From Halomonas sp. UBA3074 (lineage in GTDB: Bacteria > Pseudomonadota > Gammaproteobacteria > Pseudomonadales > Halomonadaceae): a DNA stretch of 64,000 nt. The stretch lies in the NCBI GenBank assembly GCA_002366715.1, contig DFBS01000008.1, positions 103,282 to 167,281 of the forward strand. The letters are read 5' to 3'. Positions 18,698-27,447 of the stretch are shown piece by piece (position 1 is the stretch's first letter; each line of letters begins with the position of its first letter). A program made the position numbers and the translations under genes. Under the pieces are notes generated by a model. That model was not told the DNA's origin, searched no databases, and saw only the letters and a list, made by a program, of their open reading frames with translations.

Positions 18698-20470
18698 TCA
18701 TTGCTGGCCTTCCCACATCAGTAACGCCGCCAGTAACGCGGCAAGCACCATCATCAAGCCACTCGTATGGTGACGCAACCAGGGTTCGGCAGCCAATAGT
18801 CGCGACAAATAGCCCATCGATGTTTTTTCAGCGCTTTGGGCCGCTGCCACGCTAGCGGATTTAAGCTGGCCACAGCGGCGGCCGATCACACGCAGCGGTA
18901 CCAGTGCCGCGCTTGCGACGCCAGCATAAAGCCACCATGCATCACCAGCGGGCAGCGTTTTCCCTGATAACGGCCGTGTGATCAACCAGCCCAACAGGGC
19001 AATAGCGACCCCCGCTGGAAAAGGCCACACAATGCCCCACCACTCTTTGACGGGCGGCATTTCGATGCTGCCCGCAGGCAAAGGGAGCCAAAGGGGCGTT
19101 AACAGCGCGGCGACAATAGCCACTAGCCAAGCTCCCCACTGCCCGGGATGGCTGCCACCGTGATGACGCTGCTGCCATTGTCGCCAAAGCGCAACACTGA
19201 CCAGTGCCGCCGTCCCGATGGCCGCCCAGCTCAATAATTTGACCAACGACTCGTGGTGCATTTCATAAAGGGGCGACTTGACCCCCCACTTGCTGACCAT
19301 GCCAGCGGCAATAGCGCCCGACAACGAAATGCCTGGCAGTGCCAGCAACCCCCACACCAGCGGCAGCGGCCAGCGCGGCAGATGCTCGCTGATGCTGGTA
19401 CCCATGAACAACGACCCTTTGGCAAGCGCGTGGTGAGCCGCAAACAGCACTAACCCAGGCCACAGCAGCGGCCACACATCGGGTGCCACCAAGCCCATGG
19501 CAACCAGCGCCGTCATCATGCCCATTTGGCTGATACTGGAATAGGCCAACACGGCCTTAGGGTGGCGCTGAAACACGCCATAAGCGGCGGCGCCAAAGGC
19601 GGCCGCCAGCCCGGCCATTAACAGCCAATGCCCAAACTGAGCTAACGCCCCAGATACCTGATCGTTGCCGAGCGGCAGCACACTGATCCAACCCAGCAAG
19701 CCCGCCTTGATCATAACCCCGCTAAGCACTGCGCTAGCAGGTGCTGGTGCCGCCGGATGCGCCAAGGGCAGCCACACGTGCAAACCAATGACACCCGCTT
19801 TTACGCCGAAACCAAGGCAAAGCAAGGCCGCCATCCACACCCCATGCTCAGCGCTCACAATGCTTTCGCGCACCCCCTGTAAGGTCAGCGTGTCGGCAGC
19901 GCCCGCTGACCAGAGGAAGCCGCCTAAAATCAGCCCTTCGCCCACCACCGCTAATATCAAGTAGGCCTTGGCGCCCAGCCGCGCCTGTTCGGTGCCGGTG
20001 TGCACCACCAGGGCGTAGGCGGCGAAGGTCATCACGGCAAAACCGGAATAGAAACTGGCAATATCCTGGGCGATGATTAGCAGCACATTGCCCAATAATG
20101 TTAACGGCCAAAACAGCGCCAGCCGCAGTAGGCGCCGCTGGGCAGCTTGATCCCCTGCTTGTGCCTGCGCCTGCTCCTTGGCGAAGTAACCTTTCGCGTG
20201 CACGGCTGCCAAGCTCCACAGCAGTGCGGTGAACGCCAGCCATGGTCGGCTTAACGAATTTAATTCCCACTCTCCGCCCAGCATCCAGACATCCAGCGTC
20301 CAGTGCGCTTCGCCGACATAGGCTAATAGCAGCGCCGGCCAAGCGGCGCTTAGCCACCACACTGAAAAGTAGTCACGCTGCGCGCTAGGGGTACGGTAGG
20401 AACGCCACACGGCGTGCGCCATCACGACGAAGGGCCACAGCAGCGCCAGGGTCAGCAGTAGCGTCATCAT
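18698..20470 (-). CDS. proton-conducting antiporter-like membrane subunit (NuoN/MrpD-related, 590 aa, extended C-terminus)
   Basis: Hallmark GFGVKAGVIGLHVWLPLAHPAAPAPASAVLSGVMIKAGLLG and HHALAKGSLF. Fourth gene of a translationally coupled cluster. Confidence 0.85.
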   Translation of the reverse strand: MMTLLLTLALLWPFVVMAHAVWRSYRTPSAQRDYFSVWWLSAAWPALLLAYVGEAHWTLDVWMLGGEWELNSLSRPWLAFTALLWSLAAVHAKGYFAKEQAQAQAGDQAAQRRLLRLALFWPLTLLGNVLLIIAQDIASFYSGFAVMTFAAYALVVHTGTEQARLGAKAYLILAVVGEGLILGGFLWSAGAADTLTLQGVRESIVSAEHGVWMAALLCLGFGVKAGVIGLHVWLPLAHPAAPAPASAVLSGVMIKAGLLGWISVLPLGNDQVSGALAQFGHWLLMAGLAAAFGAAAYGVFQRHPKAVLAYSSISQMGMMTALVAMGLVAPDVWPLLWPGLVLFAAHHALAKGSLFMGTSISEHLPRWPLPLVWGLLALPGISLSGAIAAGMVSKWGVKSPLYEMHHESLVKLLSWAAIGTAALVSVALWRQWQQRHHGGSHPGQWGAWLVAIVAALLTPLWLPLPAGSIEMPPVKEWWGIVWPFPAGVAIALLGWLITRPLSGKTLPAGDAWWLYAGVASAALVPLRVIGRRCGQLKSASVAAAQSAEKTSMGYLSRLLAAEPWLRHHTSGLMMVLAALLAALLMWEGQQ

Positions 20471-21972
20471 GGTAGGTACTCCCCGTTGGCTACCCGGGCG
20501 GCCCAGTCCAAGGGGCTAAATGGAAGGCCTGCAAACATACCCGCCGCAAGGCTGATCAGCGCCGTAAATACCATTGGCCACAGCAACCAGCTATGGGTCT
20601 CTAGCCGCCCCAGGCGCTGTTCATCCGGCCAGCTGCCTTTACCGTGAGCTGGCCCTAAACGGAACCAGAGGCGGTGCAAAATTGGCAAAAAGTAAAAGGC
20701 ATTTAAGGTACTGCTTGCCACCAGCACCGCAACGACCCAATACATTTCTGCCTGTATTGCCCCTACCCCCAGGTACCATTTGGTAATAAACCCTGCCACC
20801 GGTGGCAGGCCGATCATGCCTAATGCGCCGATGGTGAACGCAAGGCTGGTCAACGGCATGCGTTTACCGGCACCGTCCATTTCATCGATGCGATGAATGC
20901 CCAGCTCTTCCGCATAATTACCCGCACAGAAAAAGAGCGTGACCTTCATCAACCCTTGGTGAAGTAAGTGCGCCATCGCCCCCACCGTGCCAAAAGGGCC
21001 AAATATACCGATCCCCAAAATGATATAGGAGACTTGGCTAACCGTAGAAAACGCCAGCAGTGGCTTTAGCTCTTGTTGGGCGATGGCCCTGAGCGAGCCA
21101 TAAATAATCGTTATCGATGCCGCCACCGCTAAGCCACTAATCACGCCCAGCTCGACGCTAAGCTCGATGCCATACAAGTCATAAACGACCCGGAGAATAC
21201 CGAAGGCCCCCGCTTTGACCACGGCCACCGCGTGCAGCAGCGCACTCACTGGGGCGGGAGCCACCATCGCCCGGGGTAGCCAGCCATGCAAAGGGACCAT
21301 GGCAGCTTTAACGCCAAGACCGCCCACCAGCAGGATAAAAATGAGCGTCAGCAGACCCCGATGATCGTTTAAGTAATCGCCTAAGCCCTCTTCTGAAGAG
21401 AACGATTGATCACCCGTCAGGGTGTACAGCAGCACCGCCGCCAACAGCAATACGACGCCTGCGCTGAGCGTATAGCGTAAATACACGCGGCCTGCATTCA
21501 GGGCTTGCTGCGTACCGTTGTGCACCACCAGCGGGTAGGTGGAGAGCGTCAACATTTCGTAGAAAATCAGAAAGGTAAATAGGTTATCCGCCAGCGCAAT
21601 GCCGATCGTGCTCGCCACGCAAAGGCTAAAAAAGCCAAAGAAGCGCTTTCGGTTGGCAGAGCCTTCCAGGTAGCCAATGGCGTAAATGGTGGTGCACAGC
21701 CACAGCAGTGACGATAACCCCGCAAACATCACGCCCAAGGCGTCGATACGCAGAACGAAATCCAGACCACCAATCACCTGAAAACTAAAAATGTCTTCAT
21801 GGCCAGCGGCTACCCGCCGAACCATCAGGGTCACCAGAATAATCTTCACCACCGCCGCGCCAATGTTAATCGTCGTGCGCAGGCGCCTGGCGTCTTCCGG
21901 CAAGGCGAATATCGTCACGGCGACCAGCAGGGAGGTGGCCAAAGCGGTTAACGGTAACCACGCGGCGTTCAT
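20467..21972 (-). CDS. monovalent cation/H+ antiporter subunit D family protein (MrpD/NuoM-like)
   Basis: GVKAAMVPLHGWLPRAMVAPAPVSALLHAVAVVKAGAFG and LHQGLMKVTLFFCAG. 4-nt start/stop overlaps with both neighbours. Confidence 0.9.
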   Translation of the reverse strand: MNAAWLPLTALATSLLVAVTIFALPEDARRLRTTINIGAAVVKIILVTLMVRRVAAGHEDIFSFQVIGGLDFVLRIDALGVMFAGLSSLLWLCTTIYAIGYLEGSANRKRFFGFFSLCVASTIGIALADNLFTFLIFYEMLTLSTYPLVVHNGTQQALNAGRVYLRYTLSAGVVLLLAAVLLYTLTGDQSFSSEEGLGDYLNDHRGLLTLIFILLVGGLGVKAAMVPLHGWLPRAMVAPAPVSALLHAVAVVKAGAFGILRVVYDLYGIELSVELGVISGLAVAASITIIYGSLRAIAQQELKPLLAFSTVSQVSYIILGIGIFGPFGTVGAMAHLLHQGLMKVTLFFCAGNYAEELGIHRIDEMDGAGKRMPLTSLAFTIGALGMIGLPPVAGFITKWYLGVGAIQAEMYWVVAVLVASSTLNAFYFLPILHRLWFRLGPAHGKGSWPDEQRLGRLETHSWLLWPMVFTALISLAAGMFAGLPFSPLDWAARVANGEYLP

Positions 21973-23459
21973 GGGCTTCCTCCATGCATCAATTCCAACG
22001 GGAAGTGCGCCAATAGCCCAAGCGCAAACGCCGTTAAGGCGAGCACCATGGCAATTAAATCCATCCCTGGCGCCAATGGTTGATAGCGATGGCGCGGGGC
22101 CGTCTCATCAAAAGAGTAACGAAACATGCGGAACACATAGGCGGCCGTTAGCAGCGTACCGATTAATAGGGCCGCCACTGCCCACCACTGCTGAGTAATG
22201 ATCATGGCCTCGAGCAACATCCACTTAGCGGTGAAGCCAGCGCTAGGCGGTAAGCCCATTAACGTAATGGAGGCAATGCCGAACACCAATAGGGAAAGCG
22301 GCAAACGGCGGCTGGTTCCGGCCAGGCCTTTCAACGTGCTCTCACCAGTGGCCAATATCAGGTTCCCCGCCGCCATAAACATGGCAGCCTTGGCAAAGGC
22401 ATGGCCCATTAACTGCAGCCAAAACCCTTCCCAAGCCAGCGCACGCGGCAGCGGCGCGATATCCGGCCCCAGCAACAGTGGAAAGGCCACCATCAGATAG
22501 CCCAACTGTGCAACGGTAGACGACGCTACCAAGGTTTTAAGAGAATCAGTACGCCACGCCAGCAAGCCCCCCCACACAATCGCCAGCAGACCTAGCCAGG
22601 CAATGATGCGCGGGGCATAAAACGTATCGGGAAGAAGAATGCTCCATAGCTGTAGCAGCATGAACAGAGAAGCCTTGATGACCAACCCGGCATGCAGCGC
22701 ACTCACCGGTGTCCAGGCGTTTTCGTGCACAGGGGTAAGCCAAGCATGCAGCGGAAACAGCGCGGCTTTCAAGGCGAGCCCAGCGCCGATTAGCGCCGCG
22801 GCGAACCAAGCCACCGGGCCTGGCTCTATTACCTCGGCCAAGCCCTGCAAATCCAAACGGCCCCACTGGCCTAGAATCAGTGCCACCCCCAACAGATACG
22901 TGAGCGACCCCACTAACGCCAATAACAAATAGCGCATTCCCGCCAGCAGCGCTGGCGCCTTTCCGGATAGCATTAACATGCCTACCGCGGCCAAGCCCAT
23001 TAGCTCTAACGCGATATACAGAGTGAGTAAATCGGTGGCCAACCAAATGAGTGACAGCGCGCTCAGCGCAACGCCCATCAACGGCCATAGCCAACGTGCT
23101 AAAGGGCCAGGCTCGGTTAAGCGAATATGCCCAGGGGTGTAGAGCGCGGCGGCAACGACGATACACTGAGTCGTTAGCAGTAACAGCACGCTTAACCCGT
23201 TTAAGCGCAGCGATAAGATAAGCCCTGCTATTTCCCATTGCCAACCGAGTAGGCCCGCCTCTTGAAAGGCCATTAGCAGCACGCCACCCGAGGCTAATAG
23301 CGGTAGACTGGCCAACACCACAGGCCAGGCGCGCTTAGGAGGAAATAGCGCTGCCAATCCCCCCATCAACAGCGGAAAAACCAGTGCCACCAGCAGCGCC
23401 CAGTGAGTAGAGACAAGCGGCGCAAAGGTGCTATCGAAAAGGCCAAAGCGCCATGTCAT
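21969..23459 (-). CDS. complex I subunit 5 / MrpA-HyfB-like antiporter-like membrane subunit (496 aa)
   Basis: LKAALFPLHAWLTPVHENAWTPVSALHAGLVIKASLF and GHAFAKAAMFMAAG, with about 14 TM segments. Confidence 0.85.
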   Translation of the reverse strand: MTWRFGLFDSTFAPLVSTHWALLVALVFPLLMGGLAALFPPKRAWPVVLASLPLLASGGVLLMAFQEAGLLGWQWEIAGLILSLRLNGLSVLLLLTTQCIVVAAALYTPGHIRLTEPGPLARWLWPLMGVALSALSLIWLATDLLTLYIALELMGLAAVGMLMLSGKAPALLAGMRYLLLALVGSLTYLLGVALILGQWGRLDLQGLAEVIEPGPVAWFAAALIGAGLALKAALFPLHAWLTPVHENAWTPVSALHAGLVIKASLFMLLQLWSILLPDTFYAPRIIAWLGLLAIVWGGLLAWRTDSLKTLVASSTVAQLGYLMVAFPLLLGPDIAPLPRALAWEGFWLQLMGHAFAKAAMFMAAGNLILATGESTLKGLAGTSRRLPLSLLVFGIASITLMGLPPSAGFTAKWMLLEAMIITQQWWAVAALLIGTLLTAAYVFRMFRYSFDETAPRHRYQPLAPGMDLIAMVLALTAFALGLLAHFPLELMHGGSP

Positions 23460-24136
23460 GCCTTGCTCCTCTGGGGTTTACCGTCACGCCCTAGCGCCTC
23501 GACCCCTTCCAAATGTAACAGCTGGCGAATGAGTAAAGCGCCAAGCATCGTCCCAAGACACGCCACCAACAGCCCTACACTAATGAGCATTTGCGCCGCT
23601 GCTGAGGTGCCCGCCACGCCAGCCAACAGTATAAAAACACCGGAGCCAAGCAGATTAAAGGCCATCAGGCGCCTGAAAAGATGTCGGTGAAGGGCAAACG
23701 CCGCCAGGGCAAGAGCGGCGATGAGCACCCCAGCCAATAATAGTGGGTGCTCGGCAGGTGAATACACCATATCGCCAATCACGTAGCGAATTGCCGCGCC
23801 GACCATGACAAACCAGGCCAGCGCCAATACCACGCGCATAGCGACCCGCGACCAGGGATGGCTAAATTGATCGTGCTTTAAAGGCGCGGAAGCGCCGGGA
23901 GAAAGGAGGCCCAGGGCATAGAAGAAGCACAGCCCTGTCAGCAAAACACCCAACACTAGCTCGGACGCCGCCAGCCATGGCGCGCCGAGCTTCAACCACG
24001 CCAGCACCATTGCGCCAGCAAAGGCGACAAAAAGACAGCTGGCACGCACTAGGTGGCGATCAAACAGGCACACAAAAGCGGACCCTGTTAAGCACAGCGC
24101 CAGTAGCACTTCTATTACATCAAAGGAAGCTAACAT
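23456..24136 (-). CDS. small multi-TM subunit; N-terminal half MbhD/DUF4040-like, C-terminal half MnhC/NuoK-like (assignment tentative)
   Basis: About 7 predicted TM segments. N-terminus IEVLLALCLTGSAFVCLF..ASCLFVAFAGAMVLAWLKLGAPWLAASELVLGV resembles MbhD. C-terminus LMAFNLLGSGVFILLAGV..MLISVGLLVACLGT resembles MnhC/NuoK. First gene of the cluster. Confidence 0.6.
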   Translation of the reverse strand: MLASFDVIEVLLALCLTGSAFVCLFDRHLVRASCLFVAFAGAMVLAWLKLGAPWLAASELVLGVLLTGLCFFYALGLLSPGASAPLKHDQFSHPWSRVAMRVVLALAWFVMVGAAIRYVIGDMVYSPAEHPLLLAGVLIAALALAAFALHRHLFRRLMAFNLLGSGVFILLAGVAGTSAAAQMLISVGLLVACLGTMLGALLIRQLLHLEGVEALGRDGKPQRSKA

Positions 24137-24176
24137 CCGTTTACGTCACGTCCTTGCATCGGTCACGAATAGGCGC

Positions 24177-24842
24177 TCAGCTTAGGCGAGCACTTAGCCA
24201 CTTTCCAATATCGTTAACCTGCTGAGGGCAGAGGGCATGTGCCATGGGGTATTGGCGATAATTGACCGCATAGCCCATCGCTTTTAAGCGATCGGCACCG
24301 CTGCGGCCCAGGCTCTCGGGTACAATCGGATCAAAATTCCCGTGCTGAACTTCGATCGGGATCTGGCGGTTGGCTTCCGCTAACTCAATATTGTCGGCCG
24401 TCGCAAAGTAGGTCGACATCGCCAACAGCCCGCCCAACGGCGCGGGGAAAGTAAGCGCTGCGTGATAGGCAACAGCGCCCCCTTGTGAAAAGCCCGCCAC
24501 AATAATGCGCTGGCTGTTGATACCCTGGTCGATCTGCTCTTGGATCAGCGCCTGGATGCGTTCAGCGGATTTCTTAAGCTGGCTCTCATCTACCCGGCGC
24601 CCCAAATCCATGGCAAGAATATCGTACCAAGCGGGCATGACCATACCGCCATTGATGGTCACCGGCAGGCGTGGCGCATGGGGCATAATAAAGCGCACAT
24701 GTGAATCTTTAGGTAACGCTAATGCGGGTACCAGCGGCTCAAAATCATGCCCATCCGCACCTAAGCCGTGAATAATAAACACACACGCATCGGCGGGTTG
24801 ACCATCTTTCGGTTCAATAATCAGTTCGCCAGGAGCAGTCAT
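24177..24842 (-). CDS. alpha/beta hydrolase, carboxylesterase/phospholipase family (EstB-like)
   Basis: FIIHGLGADGHDF and nucleophile elbow GFSQGGAV; His in the QYPMAH region. Start placed at ATG 24842; the track's TTG at 24863 is less likely. Confidence 0.85.
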   Translation of the reverse strand: MTAPGELIIEPKDGQPADACVFIIHGLGADGHDFEPLVPALALPKDSHVRFIMPHAPRLPVTINGGMVMPAWYDILAMDLGRRVDESQLKKSAERIQALIQEQIDQGINSQRIIVAGFSQGGAVAYHAALTFPAPLGGLLAMSTYFATADNIELAEANRQIPIEVQHGNFDPIVPESLGRSGADRLKAMGYAVNYRQYPMAHALCPQQVNDIGKWLSARLS

Positions 24843-24951
24843 AACATCGTATTCCTTATCCAAAAGGCGTCACCCTAGCGCAAACCTGCGTTAACAGCGA
24901 GCAGGCCAGCGCTTTAAATGGCCATCGTCGATTAAAAAGGGCGTACTTCGC

Positions 24952-26727
24952 TTAAAAGGGCCACACCAAAGGGATCAAGAGTAGCGCTATCGCCCCGGTC
25001 AGTATATTCAAACCACTCCCCAAACGCAGAAAATCGCTCACCCGATAGCCCCCAGGGCCGTATACCATCAGGTTGGTTTGATACCCAATGGGCGTTAAAA
25101 AGCTGGCTGAGGCAGCAAACATCACCGCCACCACATAAGGCATTGGGCTAACACCCAGGCTTTCTGCCGCGCTCATCACCACCGGAAAAATAATCACTGC
25201 GGCGGCGTTATTGGTCACCAGTTCAGTGAGTAGCGCAACCACACAGTAAGTGCCGATCAGCAGTAGCAAAGGGTTACCCGCCACTAAGGTAAGCAAACTA
25301 CCGGCAATGACCTCAGCGGCGCCGGAGCTTTGCAGCGCGGCTCCCACGCCAAAGGAAGCGGCAATGGTTAACAACACTTGGGTATCAAGACCACGTTTGG
25401 CCGCCCCCACCGAGCAACATCCCGTCAACAGCGCTAATGCCGCCCCCAACATCGCGGCGTTCAACATACTCAGCACGCCCAGGGCGGCGAGCAACACAGC
25501 CCCTAACAAAAGACCCCAGGCGAGTGGCGCTTTTTCGTGTATCGGCCGGGCGGCACCATTCAGCTCGCTAATCAATAAGAAGTCGCGTGACTGACGATGA
25601 CGCTCAATAAACGGTGGTCGTGCTTCCAGCAGCAGAACGTCTGCAGGCTGTAACCGCACTTGGCCCAGGTTGCCTTTCACGCGCTCGCCACCTCGGCAGA
25701 TCGCCAACACCGCCGCGCCATACAAGGTTCTAAAGTGGCCGTCGCGAATACGCTGGCCAATAAACTGGCACTGATTAGAAACCACCGCTTCGACCAAGCG
25801 GCGCTCCTTGAACTCTTTTTCCAAACTGGAGGTTTCATCGCGAGAAGGAATCAGGCCACGAATCTGCTGCAATTCCACCGCCGCATCGGAGGTGCCCGCA
25901 AACACCAGCCGGTCGCCGCCTTTTAGCTGCTCGCCGGGACCCACCACGCTAACCACGTTGCCTGCGCGCTCTATTTCAACCAGAAATAGCTCCTGCAAAT
26001 GACGTAGCCCGGCTTCCTCAACGCTGCGGTCAACCAATACGCCCGCCGGGTCGACCTCCATTTCAATGGTGAACTCGCGAGGGTTGGCAAACGCATTGGC
26101 CAACCCTTCCCGGGAAGGCAGTAAACGCGGCCCAAGTACGATCAGATAAACGAGCCCCACCACTGCCACAGGAATACCCACCCAGGCTAAATCTAACAGC
26201 CCCATTCCCAGTTCGGGGTAACGTTCCAGCAGCAGCCCATGCACCACTAAGTTAGTGCTGGTACCAAATAGAGTAATGGTGCCGCCTAGAATAGACGCAA
26301 AACTGAGTGGCATCAGCAACCGCTGTGGAGATAAACGCAGCCTTCGGCTCCAGCTCATTACGGCCGGAATATAGGTAGCGACCACAGGCGTGTTATTAAC
26401 GAAGGCGCTGAGTGCTGCTACGGGCAGCAAGAGGCGTACCAGCGCGCCGCTTTCTTTATGGGGGCGGCCAAGCACATAGCGGATAATAAGATCGATACCA
26501 CCGGTTTCGCGAATGCTTGCCACCAGTACATACATAAAGGCAACGGTGAATAAGCCGCTATTCGAAAAGCCCCCCAGCGCCTGCTGCGGGTCAATCACGC
26601 CCAGCGTCATCAACACAATCACCGCACCCAGCAGAATAATATCCGGGCCTAGGCGGGAGAACGCCATTAGCGGAAAAATGGTCAGTACAACCGTGACTGC
26701 AATCCAAGCATCAACCGACATCACCAC
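24952..26727 (-). CDS. SLC13/ArsB-NhaD superfamily permease with two central TrkA-C (RCK C-terminal) domains
   Basis: 591 aa: hydrophobic N- and C-terminal halves flank a soluble about 170-aa insert (EFTIEMEVDP..VGPGEQLKGGDRLVFAG.. and VVSNQC..GNLGQVRLQPADVLLLEA). Confidence 0.85.
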   Translation of the reverse strand: MVMSVDAWIAVTVVLTIFPLMAFSRLGPDIILLGAVIVLMTLGVIDPQQALGGFSNSGLFTVAFMYVLVASIRETGGIDLIIRYVLGRPHKESGALVRLLLPVAALSAFVNNTPVVATYIPAVMSWSRRLRLSPQRLLMPLSFASILGGTITLFGTSTNLVVHGLLLERYPELGMGLLDLAWVGIPVAVVGLVYLIVLGPRLLPSREGLANAFANPREFTIEMEVDPAGVLVDRSVEEAGLRHLQELFLVEIERAGNVVSVVGPGEQLKGGDRLVFAGTSDAAVELQQIRGLIPSRDETSSLEKEFKERRLVEAVVSNQCQFIGQRIRDGHFRTLYGAAVLAICRGGERVKGNLGQVRLQPADVLLLEARPPFIERHRQSRDFLLISELNGAARPIHEKAPLAWGLLLGAVLLAALGVLSMLNAAMLGAALALLTGCCSVGAAKRGLDTQVLLTIAASFGVGAALQSSGAAEVIAGSLLTLVAGNPLLLLIGTYCVVALLTELVTNNAAAVIIFPVVMSAAESLGVSPMPYVVAVMFAASASFLTPIGYQTNLMVYGPGGYRVSDFLRLGSGLNILTGAIALLLIPLVWPF

Positions 26728-26825
26728 AACATCCTTAATAAATAAGCATGGGTGTATTGTGAGGCCAGCTCTATATTCTAAAAAGTTATTTTTAGAAACA
26801 TTTAAAGATCAAAATGGAATATAAA

Positions 26826-26912
26826 GGTGTGAGGTGTGAGGTGTGAGGTGTGAGGTGTGAGGTGTGAGGTGTGAGGTGTGAGGTGTGAGGTGTGAGGTGT
26901 GAGGTGTGAGGT
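26826..26912. repeat. perfect heptanucleotide microsatellite (GGTGTGA)x12 plus GGT; reads TCACACC on the strand of both flanking genes
   Basis: Counted directly: units start at 26826 and recur every 7 nt to 26903 with no mismatch. Lies 99 bp upstream of the SLC13 start (26727) and downstream of the csp terminator. Confidence 0.95.
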
Positions 26913-26942
26913 AAGTATCGTTGCACTCAATCGTATAAATAC

Positions 26943-26966
26943 AAAAAACCCCGCACTTGGCGAGGT
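26943..26966 (-). terminator. rho-independent terminator of the cold-shock gene
   Basis: Minus strand reads CCTCGC-CAAGT-GCGGGG followed by TTTTTT (one G-U pair in the stem). Confidence 0.65.
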
Positions 26967-27024
26967 TCTTTGGTCAATCAACGCTAGGCGGTGATTGCTA
27001 ACATCTCAATATTTAAGAATTAAC

Positions 27025-27228
27025 TTAAACAACTTTGATGTTAGAAGCCTGAAGGCCTTTTTTACCCTGGGTGACGTCGAAGGAAACCTTCTGGCCGTCT
27101 TGCAGAGATTTGAAACCTTCAGACTGAATTTCAGAGAAATGCGCGAATAGGTCGTCGCCATTGTCGTCAGGAGAAATGAAGCCGAAGCCTTTAGTGTCGT
27201 TAAACCACTTAACTGTGCCAGTTGCCAT
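27025..27228 (-). CDS. cold-shock protein, CspA family
   Basis: 67 aa with RNP1 KGFGFI and RNP2 DLFAHF ([20 protein letters not shown]..). Confidence 0.95.
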   Translation of the reverse strand: MATGTVKWFNDTKGFGFISPDDNGDDLFAHFSEIQSEGFKSLQDGQKVSFDVTQGKKGLQASNIKVV

Positions 27229-27368
27229 GATCGAAATCCTCGATGTAGCTAATTAAATCCGGGAAATACCCGAAGTGCAGTGGGTAGAACAAGAAACTTT
27301 CACCAGATTTAACGCTTGAGGCGCTTCTATGCTGCTGACAACGTTCGACTTGCTAACCAACTGGGGTC

Positions 27369-27397
27369 ATTTTGCGCCTAACCCGCGTGCGCGTCAA
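27369..27397 (-). promoter_or_regulatory. candidate sigma-70 promoter of the csp gene (TTGACG-N17-CAAAAT), implying a 5' leader of roughly 130 nt
   Basis: Minus strand: TTGACG at 27397-27392, 17-nt spacer, CAAAAT at 27374-27369. Confidence 0.4.
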
Positions 27398-27447
27398 CAC
27401 ACTTATAATCACGGATATGCTGGCTCGTCTGACGGGGTGGAGACTAA

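Noticed and set aside
26826-26912. Possible CRISPR array or coding repeat.
   Set aside because: The 7-nt units are contiguous with no spacers, no cas genes are nearby, and no ORF spans the tract. It is treated as a microsatellite instead (see findings).
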